A DNA stretch of 32,000 bases from contig OZ245768.1 in assembly GCA_965227835.1 (NCBI GenBank), positions 450,001 through 482,000 on the forward strand. Reading direction: 5' to 3'. Under the pieces are notes generated by a model. That model ran no database searches and was not told the origin of the DNA. It saw nothing but the letters and a program-made list of their open reading frames with translations. The position numbers and the translations under genes were made by a program. The DNA comes from Candidatus Saccharimonadota bacterium. GTDB taxonomy: Bacteria; Patescibacteriota; Gracilibacteria; BD1-5; UBA6164. This document shows positions 20,521 to 30,612 of the stretch, piece after piece (positions within the stretch are counted from its first letter, which is position 1; each line of letters opens with the position of its first letter).

Positions 20521-20575
20521 CCTCACCTCAGTATTCTTCTTAGAGGAGAGGAAGTAGAACAAGGTAGATAAAATA
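20521..20575 (+). repeat. degenerate third copy of element Y
   Basis: cctcacctcagtattcttcttagaggagaggaagtagaacaaggtagataaaat. Same order of CCTCACC, a GGAGAGG hairpin half and a GATAAAA tail. Confidence 0.4.
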
Positions 20576-20641
20576 TAACTTATTTAATTAAAGAAACCCT
20601 GAAAAATTCTTTAATACCTGATAAAATAATATAAATAAAAA

Positions 20642-22072
20642 ATGACTCTTTATCTAAAATACAGACCAAAAGATTTTGAAAGCCTTATAGGACAAGATTT
20701 TATAAAAAATACATTAAAACAAGCAGTAAAAGATAATAAAACTGTTTGAGCTTATCTTTTTTGTTGACCAAAATGAACCTGAAAAACATCCACAGCAAGA
20801 ATTTTAGCGAAATCCGTAAATTGCAAAAATTTAGTAGAGTGAAATCCTTGCAACAAATGCGAAACCTGTATTTGAATAAATACTGAAAGCTTAATTGATG
20901 TAGTTGAAATAGATGCTGCAAGTAATACTTGAGTTGATAATATAAGAGAGATAATATCAAAAGCTAATTTCAAACCCACAAGTTCTAAATATAAAATTTA
21001 TATAATAGATGAAGTACATATGCTTAGTATTTGAGCTTTTAATGCTCTTTTAAAAATACTTGAAGAACCACCAGAATTTATAAAATTCATACTAGCAACC
21101 ACAGAAACACATAAAATCCCTGATACAATTATATCAAGATGTCAAAGGTATGATTTTAAAAATATATCAAGCCAAGATCTAAAAGAAAAACTTTTACAAA
21201 TATCAAAAGAAGAAAAAGTAGATATAGAAGAACAAGCATTGGAATATATAGTAAATTCTTCAGCTTGAGCTGCAAGAAATGCTATATCTCTTTTTGAGCA
21301 ATTAATAATAGACAATAAAGTAACATATAAAAACCTAGAAGAAAATCTATGACTATCCTCAAAAAATCTATTAAAAGAATTTTTGAATAAGCTTTTAGAA
21401 AAAGACTTTACTGTAATAGATGATTATGAGATTATTTTAAATTCATGAAAAAATATAAAACTCTTTTTTAAAGATTTAATATTTTATACAAAAAATTCTA
21501 CTGTAGAGAAAATAAAACTATGAGAAAAAAATATTTCCTCCAGTATAAAAATACTTGAAATACTTGATGAAACTTATTCAAAAACTAAAAACTCTCTTGA
21601 TGAAACAACTACATTTCTAATATGAATATTAAAAATATTAGAAGAAAATTGAGATTTTGAATTACTAACTTCAATAAAAAAAGAAATACCAAAAATTGTA
21701 AAAGAAGAACAAGATAATATAGAAGAAATTTCCAAAAAACAAGATACGATTAAACAAAGCTTAAATATAGAAGATATATGAGAAATATTTTCTGATTCAA
21801 AACAACCAGAAGATAAAAATCAAGAAATTTGAGATAAGAAACCAAGTTTTGATAAAGAAAATTTTCTAAAACAACTGAAAACTAATTGAGTGAAATGATT
21901 AATAGTTTCTAGTTTAAAACAATCAGAAATAAATTTAGATTGAAATGAGTTAAAAATAAAAATAAAAACTGAATTTGTTAAAAGACAACTTGAAACTGCT
22001 GAAAATATAAAAATAATTAAAAATATACTTGAAGAAATAGGATTAGGACACATAGAAGTAAAAATAAACTAA
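20642..22072 (+). CDS. dnaX: DNA polymerase III subunit gamma/tau (476 aa)
   Basis: [61 protein letters not shown], Zn module [49 protein letters not shown] at 22070-22072. Confidence 0.9.
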
Positions 22073-22076
22073 ATAT

Positions 22077-23048
22077 ATGTATTGTTTAGTTTCTACATTC
22101 AACAAAACATTTGATGAACTTGGTCTTTTATATTTTGTGCCAAGTTTTTTAGAAGGAAAATTAAAAACATGACAAATAGTTGAAATACCTTTTTGAAATA
22201 AAATAGAAATAGCTTTAGTTTTAGAATTGTGAGATTTGGAGAAACTAAATGCTTCAAATATTCCTGAAGAAAAAATAAAATCGGTAATATCAATAAAAAA
22301 TGAAAATATATTTTTGAATTCTAATCAAATAAAACTAGTAAAATTTTTATCAAGCTATTATATAACCCCCATACACCATTGTTTATCATTATTTTTCCCA
22401 AAAAATCTTGTAACTAATATAAACAAAGACAAATTAGAAATAAATGATAAAGATGATATAGTCTACGGTTTTTTATTTGATAAAATTTTATCAGAAAAAC
22501 AAAATATTGTATTTGAAGAAATAAATAAAGATTATAAAAAAACAGATAATAATAGATTTTTATTACATTGAACAACGGGTAGTTGAAAAACTGAGATTTA
22601 CATAAAGCTTATTAAAAATCAGCTTGATTTAGGTAAACAAAGTTTGCTTTTAATACCAGAAATAGTTTTAACAAATCAACTGGAATTTAGGATAAAAGAA
22701 GTTTTTTGAAAAGATGTTTTGACTATAAACTCATCAATAACTGATTTATCAAAAACCAAAGCTTGGATTTCTATATACAATTGAGACTCTAAGATAATAA
22801 TATGAACTAGGTCAGCTCTTTTTTATCCTTATAATAATTTGGGATTAGTAATAATTGATGAAGAGCATGATTCATCATACATTTCAGATGTTTCTCCTAG
22901 ATATAATAGCATTAAAGTTGCTAGGAAAATAACAGAGTTAAATTGAAATAAGATGCTTTTAGCAAGTGGTACACCTAGTGTTATTAGTATGTATAAAGCA
23001 TTAAAAGGGGAGTATAAGCTTTTAAAATTATTTGAAAAATGGAAGTAG
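22077..23048 (+). CDS. priA: primosomal helicase PriA, N-terminal 323 aa only (truncated or split)
   Basis: [19 protein letters not shown] (Walker A), [12 protein letters not shown] (DExH), [31 protein letters not shown] then TAG at 23046-23048. The Cys-rich zinc region and the second RecA lobe are absent from this window. Confidence 0.8.
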
Positions 23049-23049
23049 G

Positions 23050-23090
23050 CTATTTTTTCATAAATGTTAATTTTTCAGTCTCTCTTTAAG
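23050..23090 (-). repeat. partial copy of repeat X at the priA breakpoint
   Basis: ctattttttcataaatgttaatttttcagtctctctttaag resembles attattttttcatagatattaatttttcagtctttccttaaag at about 9814-9856. Confidence 0.4.
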
Positions 23091-23101
23091 TTTTATGGCT
23101 T

Positions 23102-23980
23102 CTAATATTGGTTTATTTCTTTCATCTTTTTTTTAAACTCATCTAAAAGTCTATTTCTTATTTCTTCTCAAAAATAATGTCATATTTCGTGAAATTTTTC
23201 TTCTAACTTTTTATCAATTTTATACCACTCAATTTCTATTTCTTTCTCAGAAACTCAAATATTTTTCATTAAATTTAATTCTTCCACTTCTTCTAGAAAA
23301 TTTTCCATGAATTTACAAAAAAATACATTTGCTAATCCATCTAATTCTTTTTTTACGCTAAAATCTCTTTTTGTTCTTCAAATTCAATACCTATTTATAA
23401 ACTCTTTTTTTTGATCATTTAATATTTTATCATCTATAATTTCATTTCCGAAATCTTGTAAATAATCTAGAAATTTATAGATATTTGTATAGTGTTTAAT
23501 ATCTTTTCAATTATATATTATTCCTCATACTATTTTTGTAGAATTTTTATCTATTTCTTTTAGTATATTTATTAAATTATTTATAGGAATTCAATTCAAA
23601 ACTAAATTTAATCATACATATTTTAGATTTGGTAATTCTTTAATAGGTGTTTTTGATATTATCATATCTCATTCAACATTTTCTAAATCTGGTAAATATT
23701 CTATTTCATTTCATCCTAAATCTAAATAGCCTCTAATTCTTTTAAAATATTTTAAATTCTTTATAAAAAGTGAGCTTGTTAAATCAAGTTGTTGTCCCCA
23801 ATAAATTCAATCTAAACTTCAATCATCATTAAATTTAGTGTATTCTTCTAATTTTTCCCAAAAAATAATACCCATTGATTCTTCAACCATTTTTTCATAA
23901 TCTTTAAACTCTTTAGGAGTTAAATTTTTTCTCAAATTTTCTTTAGGAGTATAACAATACTCTTTTTTTTCTAAACTCAT
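23102..23980 (-). CDS. LRR-family paralog A (292 aa, about 4 LRRs)
   Basis: Verified codon by codon. MSLEKKEYCYTPKENLRKNLTPKEFKDYEKMVEESMGIIFWEKLEEYTKFNDDGSLDGIYWGQQLDL...GYLDLGGNEIEYLPDLENVEGDMIISKTPIKELPNLKYVGLNLVLNGIP...KKEFINRYGIGRTKRD...GVSEKEIEIEWYKIDKKLEEKFHEIGHYFGEEIRNRLLDEFKKKMKEINQY. No TAA/TAG in frame. Confidence 0.85.
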
Positions 23981-24017
23981 TTTTTAATTATTAAAATTTA
24001 TAACTATATTTTTGGAT

Positions 24018-26405
24018 CTAATTTTGGTTTATTTCTTTCATCTCTTTTCTAAATTCATCTAGGAGTCTATTTTTTATTTCCTCTCAAAAATAATGTCATA
24101 TCTCGTGAAATTTATTATCTAGTTTCTCATCAATTTTATATCGTTCAACCTCTATTTCTTTCTCAGAAGCTCAATCATTTTTCATTAATTTAATTTTCTC
24201 TACTTCAGTAATAAAATTATCCATGAATTTATAAAAAAATATATTTGCCAATATATTTAATTCTTTTTTAGTTTTTTCATCTCTTTTTGCTCTTCAAATT
24301 CAGTACCTATTTATAAATTCTTTTTTATTATCATTTAGTATATTATCATATATGGTTTTATCTCTAAAATTTTCAAGATAGTTTAGAAAGTAATATATAT
24401 CAATATAATTTTTAAACCCCGTTCAGTCATATATAGTTTTTCATCATATTTTTATAGGTCTTTCTATTATTTCTTTCAATAAACTTTCTAAAATATTTTT
24501 TGGAATTCAGTTTAAAATTAAATCTTCTCAAACTTCTTCTAATTTTGGTAAAATTTCAATATAAGTTCAAGTTAAATCTAGATTTCCTCATACATATTTC
24601 AATTTTGGTAAATCTTTTATAAAAGATCAATTTAAATTTAAATCTCATTGTACATATTCCAACTCTGGTAGATTTCTTATTTTATGTTTTTTTGATAAAA
24701 TAGAACCTACAGTTTTTAATTTTGGTAAGCTTTCTATAAAGGTTAAAGTTAAATTTAGATTTCCTCATACATACTCCAATTTTGGTAAACTTTTTATAGA
24801 ACTTCATTCTAATCTTAAGCTAAATCAAACTTTTTCTAATTTAGGTAGACTCTTTATAGGATTCCCTACCAAATGTAGATTACTTCAAACACTTTTTAAT
24901 TCTGGTAAGCCTTTTATACATTTTCAATTTAATCATCATCAAACTTTCTTTAGTTTTGGTAAACTTTCTACTTTACTTAAATACAGACTTAAACTTCATT
25001 TAACATATTCTAGATTTGGTAAACTTGTGATAAATTCTGAATTTAGTTTTAACCTTCAAAAAATTTTTTTTAAATATTTTAAATTGCTTATAGGTTTTCA
25101 CATCAAATCTAAATCTCATTTCCAATAAATTCAATCTATAAATCATTTTTTATTAAATCTAGTAAAGTCTTCTAATTTTTCCCAAGAAATAATCCCATCA
25201 GATTCCTCAACCATTTTCTCATAATCATTAAATTCTTCAGGATTTAATTTTTGTTTTAAATTTTCTTTAGAAGAAAGTTTATTTTCATTTAAATTGTTTT
25301 TTTCAATAATTAAATTTAATTCCTTAATTTCTTTTTGAAACTCATCTAAAAATCTATTTTTTGTTTCTTCTCAAAAGTAATATTTTATTTCATGAAATTT
25401 AGTATCTAGTTTTTCATTGATTTTTTTATTTAATTCTTCTTGAGAAATTCAGTTTTCTATCATCAAACTTATACTCTCTCTGTATTTTAAAAAATTTCTT
25501 GTAAAATTAATATAAATTATAGTCACAATAGTATTTAATTCTTTTTTTATACTATCATCTCTTTTTGATTTTCAATCTCAATATCTATTTATAAATTTTT
25601 CTTTAAAAGATTCTAATAATTTATCATCTATATTTTCATCTTCAAAATTTTCTATATAACTTAAAAAATTATTTCAACTTATATAAGAGTTGAGCTCCAT
25701 TCAATCATATATTATTTTTCATCATATTTCAGGAGAATTTTTCTTTATTTCTTTTAATATATTTTTTAAACTAATTTTTGGAATTCAGCTTAAATCTAAA
25801 TCACTTCAAACATATTTTAATTTTGATAAATTTTTTATAAAGGTTCAATTTAAATTCAAAACAGCTCAAACATATTTTAAATTTGGTAAACTTTTTATAG
25901 AGCTTTTATTTAAATTTAAATGAAATCAAACATATCTTAAGTTTTGCAAGTTCTTTATATAATTTTCTCTCAAAAATAAACTTCATCAAACACTTTTTAA
26001 TTTTTGTAAATACTTTATATTTTTTCAACTTAAACCTCCTCAAACTTCTTCTAATTTTGGCAAACTTTCTACTTTGCTAAAATACAAGCTCAAGCTTCAT
26101 TTTGTATATTCTAGATTTGGTAAACTTTTAATAAACTTTGAATCTAGTTTTAATTCTCAAAAAACTTTTTTTAAATATTTTAAATTGCTTATAGGTTTTC
26201 ACATTAAATCCAAATCTCATTCCCAATAAATTCAATCTATGCTTCAATCATAATTAAATTTGCTATATTTTTCTAATTTTTCCCAAGAAATAATCCCATC
26301 AGATTCTTCAACTATTCTTTCATAATCTTCGAAATCTTCAATATTTAGCTTTTTTCTAAAATTTTCTTTAAAAGAATTATTATTTTCAATTTTATCTAAA
26401 CTCAT
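24018..26405 (-). CDS. LRR-family paralog B-C: in-frame fusion of two complete modules (795 aa, about 8 + 11 LRRs)
   Basis: Verified codon by codon over all 2388 nt. Module 1: MSLDKIENNNSFKENFRKKLNIEDFEDYERIVEESDGIISWEKLEKY...FHEIKYYFGEETKNRFLDEFQKEIKE. It joins without a stop via LNLIIEKNNLNENKLSSKENLKQKLNPEEFNDYEKMVEESDGIISWEKLEDF to module 2, which ends KFHEIGHYFGEEIKNRLLDEFRKEMKEINQN. Confidence 0.85.
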
Positions 26406-26442
26406 TTTTTAATTATTAAAACTTATAACTAGAACCTTTAAT

Positions 26443-27747
26443 CTAATTTTTATTTATTTCTTTTATTTCTTTTCTAAATTCATCTAGAAATCTATTTTTT
26501 ATCTCTTTTCAAAAATAATGTCATATTTCGTGAAATTTTTCTTCTAACTTTTTATCAATTTTATACCATTCAATTTCTATTTCTTTCTCAGAAACTCAAT
26601 TTTTTTTCATTAGAGCTATCTTTTCCCTATATTTTAAAAAGTTTTTTACAAATCGTGTATAAAATAAATTAAACATTATATTTAAAATTCTCTTTACTTT
26701 ATCATCCCTCCTTGTTCTTCAAGTTCAATATATGGTTATAAATTCTTTTTTATAACTAGATATTAATTCTTCACTCATAAGCTCATTTTCAAAATTTTCT
26801 AAATAACTTAGAATACTTTTTCAATTTAAGTAAGGTTTAAAATCTATTCAATCATACATTATTTTTCACCATACTTCTGTATTATTTTCTCTTATTTCGT
26901 TTAATATATTTACTAAATTACAACTTGGAATTAAACTCAAATATAAATTCCCTCAAATTTTTTCTAATTTTGGCAAACTTTCAATATGGTTTCAGCTTAA
27001 GTATAAGTCCTCTGAAATTTCTTCTAATTCGGGTAAACTTTTTATAGAGGTTCATCTTATATCTAAACCTCAATAAACATTTTTTAATCTAGGTATACTT
27101 TTTATAGGGGTTGAATTTAAATTTAAATCTCATAAAACTATTTCTAATTTTGGTAAATTTTTTATATATACAAAGGCTAAAAATAAATTTCATTTAACTT
27201 TTTTTAATCTAGGTATACTTTTCATAGTAGTTGAATTTAAATTTAAATAAAATCAAACTTCTTCTAATTTTGGTAAGCTTTTTATATTGGTATAACTTAA
27301 ATCTAATTCTCTTGATACATATTCTAATTTTGGTAAACTTTTTATAGCTGATCATTTAAAATATGCTTCTCATAAAACTTTTTCTAAGTTTGGTAAACGT
27401 TTTATAGGGGTTTTCTGTAAATCTAAAAAACCAAAAACATTTTTTAAATAAGATAACTTTTTTATAGATGTTTCATATAGATATAAACATCATTTAATTT
27501 CTTTTAGTTTTGATAAACTTGTTATAGGCTTATAATTTAAATTTAAATCTCATTCCCAATAAATTCAATCTAATTTTCAATTGTCACGAAATCTACTATA
27601 TTTTTTCAGTTTTTCCCACGAAATAATCCCTTCAGATTCCTGAACCATTCTTTCATAGTCTTTGAAATCTTTATGGGTTAGATTATTTTTTAGATATTCT
27701 TCATAAATTGATTTTTGCTCGTTTGTTTTTGGAACATTTTTTGTCAT
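26443..27747 (-). CDS. LRR-family paralog D (434 aa, about 11 LRRs)
   Basis: Verified codon by codon. MTKNVPKTNEQKSIYEEYLKNNLTHKDFKDYERMVQESEGIISWEKLKKY. The LRR block has an exact 60-bp DNA period across about 26941-27570 (for example LPKLEEVGFYLNLNSTTMKSIPRLKKVKGNLFLAFVYIKN). C-terminus KFHEIGHYFGKEIKNRFLDEFRKEIKEINKN. Confidence 0.85.
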
Positions 27748-27783
27748 ATCTTATATTTTATGTATTAGATATTTTTATCTTGA

Positions 27784-27811
27784 ATAATAAAATTTTTGTT
27801 TTGTTTGTCAA
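27784..27811 (-). promoter_or_regulatory. putative promoter of paralog D (TTGACA-N16-TATTAT)
   Basis: Minus strand: TTGACA is the complement of 27806-27811 and TATTAT the complement of 27784-27789. About 37 nt upstream of the ATG at 27747. The same architecture occurs upstream of paralog F. Confidence 0.4.
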
Positions 27812-27861
27812 ATATAATGTATATATTAAATTTAATTTATAGTCAAGATTTAGAGTAAAAT

Positions 27862-27887
27862 AAAAAAACAAGTTTTAACTTGTTTTT
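27862..27887 (-). terminator. intrinsic terminator after the TrmB-family gene
   Basis: aaaaacaagtt/aacttgttttt perfect inverted repeat. On the minus strand it is followed by a T7 run. Confidence 0.5.
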
Positions 27888-27948
27888 CATAATTAATTTT
27901 TTACTCGAAATTTAAATATTTTTTCTAACTTTTATTTGTAGTATTTAA

Positions 27949-28674
27949 TTAATTATTCTTCAAAAACCTAAATAATAGTTTAAACAACTTTTTCTCAAAA
28001 TTAGAAAAAATTTGGCTTTCAATTATAAAACACTCTTCGGTGTTATAGTCTATAATTGCTACCTTATTTGCATAAATTATTTTAACTATATTGTCTTCAA
28101 ATATATCAAAATCTTTTGGAACTATAACAACTTCTTTTTCTAGTTTTTCTTTTTTTATATTCCTTAAATAATCATTTGTAATAACCATTCTTTCTAATTG
28201 TTTATTATCTCTGATTTTTTTATATTTACTATATTGATTCTCTGACATATTGGTTTTTCTAGAACTATATCTATAAAATATATCTCATTTATTTAAACTA
28301 TTTGCTATATCTAAAAATACATTTTTTACTCCACTTCTTCAAGATAAATGTTTAAATATTGGTTTTTTAAAATTATTTTGATATATACTTTGCAACTCTG
28401 GAATAAATAGTTTAAAATCACTTTTTATATTTTCAAAGTATGAATTTAAAATTAAGGGGTCTTCAGCTATAAAACATTTTCTCTTTCAAATTATTACTTT
28501 TGATATGATTCAATTTTCTTCCATTGAAGGAAGTATTTTATATAGCTTTGGCCTATTAATTCATAATTTAATAGATATATCACTTATATTCTTACTAGGG
28601 TTCTTTATTAAAAATAAATATATTTTTGATTCATCTGGTGTCAATCATAGTTTTTCTAATATTTTTTCTTTCAT
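27949..28674 (-). CDS. TrmB-family winged-helix transcriptional regulator (241 aa)
   Basis: MKEKILEKLGLTPDESKIYLFLIKNPSKNISDISIKLGINRPKLYKILPSMEENGIISKVIIGKRKCFIAEDP. The ORF-track fragment 27949-28248 is its C-terminal 99 aa, and the reading frame extends upstream through TGA codons. Confidence 0.75.
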
Positions 28675-28767
28675 TTTTAAATATGTAAATAAATATTACA
28701 ACTTTATTATATTTAAGTTTTATTTTTATTAAAGTCTTTTTTAGGTTTATTTATATTTTTATATTAC

Positions 28768-28779
28768 ATATACGTATAT
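28768..28779. promoter_or_regulatory. 12-bp perfect palindrome ATATACGTATAT in the divergent TrmB/PHP promoter region
   Basis: Seen directly. It lies between the divergent starts at 28674 and 28842 and is a candidate operator only. Confidence 0.25.
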
Positions 28780-28841
28780 TTTTTTACATATTTTGTAATT
28801 AGAACTATTATCTAAATACATTATTTTTTAATTTTATTTTT

Positions 28842-29765
28842 ATGTTTGATATGCATTTCCATTCTACTATATCAGATTGACATAGTACTACTGAACAAAT
28901 TTTAGATAAAGCATCTAGCTCAGGTTTAAATTTTGCTACTTTAACAGACCATGATTTTATAAGCCCTAAAGATTTTATAAAAAAGATAAAGTCGCTTTGA
29001 ATTGATTCTAAGTATTCTGTAGAAATATCTGCTAGGAATATAGATGTAAATAAAAATCTTCATCTAACTTGTTACTCAAATGATTTTTCTAAAGACATTT
29101 ATGATATTTTAGAAAATACTCGTTCTTGAAAGCAAAATATGGTTTTTTCTCAAGTTAAAAAACTTCAAGAAAAATGATTTAAAATAGAATATAATGATTT
29201 TATAGCTTATTTTGAATCTAAATGAAAAAGAAAAGATTCACTCAATAAGATTAGAATTGCAGAATTTATATTTTTGAATGATGAAAATATAAAACTAGCC
29301 AAAACTATTTCTTGAAATAATGATATAGATGTAATTTCTTTTCTTACAGGTTTTTTAAAAATTGGATGAAGTTTTCATAGGCAATATTGAATTGAATTTC
29401 CTGAATATGAACCTAATGTAGAATTATGTTGAGAGTTGGCAAAGTTTAATAATGCTATACTATCTATAGCCCATCCTAACTTTACTTTTGCAAGAGATCA
29501 TATTTCTGGTTTCAAAGATTCTTTACCTTACTATATAGATAGATGAGTAAATGCTATAGAAATAAGCTCTAAAGCTTCAATTAAATGGATAGAAGCTATT
29601 TATGAAGCAAAAAAAAGATATTGACTTATACTAACTGCTTGAAGTGATAATCATTGAATATGAATTGACGATAATAAACATGCTGATTTTTGAAATTTAA
29701 ATCCAAATTTATCTTTTGAAGATAAGAAAAATATTTTAAAAGAATTTTTGGAGTTTAAATATTAA
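28842..29765 (+). CDS. PHP-domain metal-dependent phosphoesterase (TrpH/YciV-like), 307 aa
   Basis: MFDMHFHSTISDGHSTTEQILDKASSSGLNFATLTDHDF, SIAHPNF, and LTAGSDNHGIG are the canonical PHP His/Asp motifs. TAA at 29763-29765. Confidence 0.8.
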
Positions 29766-29831
29766 TAATTCAAAGATTTTGCTTATAATGGTTATATCTA
29801 AAAAAATATATAGAAAAATTTCTATCTATTT

Positions 29832-30569
29832 TTAATTTGTTTTTCGTATAGCTCTTTGAAGTTCATCACAAATCCTATTTTTTATTTCTTCTCAAAAATA
29901 ATACTCTATATAATCAAGTTTTTCTTCTAATTTTTTATAAACTTCTTTAGCATAATTTTTTCTTTCTTCCTCGCAGACTCAATTATTTTTCATTAGATTT
30001 ATTTTTTCTATTTCTTTTAAATAATTTTCTATGAATTTATAAAAAAATACATTTGCTAATACATCTAATTCTTTTTTTACACTAAAATCTCTTTTTGTTA
30101 TTCAAATTCAATACCTATTTATAAACTCTTTTTTATGATTATTTAATATTTTATCATCTATAATTTCATTTCCGAAATCTTGTAAGTAAATTAAAAAATT
30201 ATAGATTTTTATATAAGAATTAATATCAATTGAATTAAACAAATTCATATAAGGTTCCATATTAATTCAATTGTACATAATTTTTAATCGTATTTTTTTA
30301 TTTATTACATCTATTATATTTATTAAATATGTTCTATTTATTATATTATTTAAATTATCTATAGGTATTCAGCTTAAATCTAAATCTCAGTAAATTCAAA
30401 TTAGAAATCAATGATCATAAAAAAAAGTATGTTTTTCTAATTTCTCCCAGGAAATAATACCTTTAGATTCTTTAACTATTTTTTCATAATGGTTGAATTG
30501 TAGAGGAAGTAACTTTCTTCTTAATTTTTCTTTCGAAGAAAAATAATTTTTTATTTTATTTAAAAGCAT
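29832..30569 (-). CDS. LRR-family paralog E (245 aa, one residual LRR)
   Basis: Verified codon by codon. MLLNKIKNYFSSKEKLRRKLLPLQFNHYEKIVKESKGIISWEKLEKHTFFYDHGFLIGIYGDLDLSGIPIDNL...KKEFINRYGIGITKRD...LDYIEYYFGEEIKNRICDELQRAIRKTN. Confidence 0.8.
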
Positions 30570-30612
30570 TTATTTAACTATTAAAATTATAATTTTTAAA
30601 TTATTTCTATTT

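Noticed and set aside
21660-21700. Programmed frameshift site in dnaX (gamma versus tau) at A-runs such as ATAAAAAAAGAA
   Set aside because: A-runs are ubiquitous in this genome. I see no downstream stem-loop or nearby off-frame stop arrangement that would support slippage.
25690-25923. Plus-strand ORFs 25690-25923 and 31043-31342, with periodic FKFK/QLKSK-type sequence
   Set aside because: They are antisense shadows of the 60-bp LRR repeats. The minus strand gives continuous family-consistent proteins, with conserved N- and C-termini in frame.
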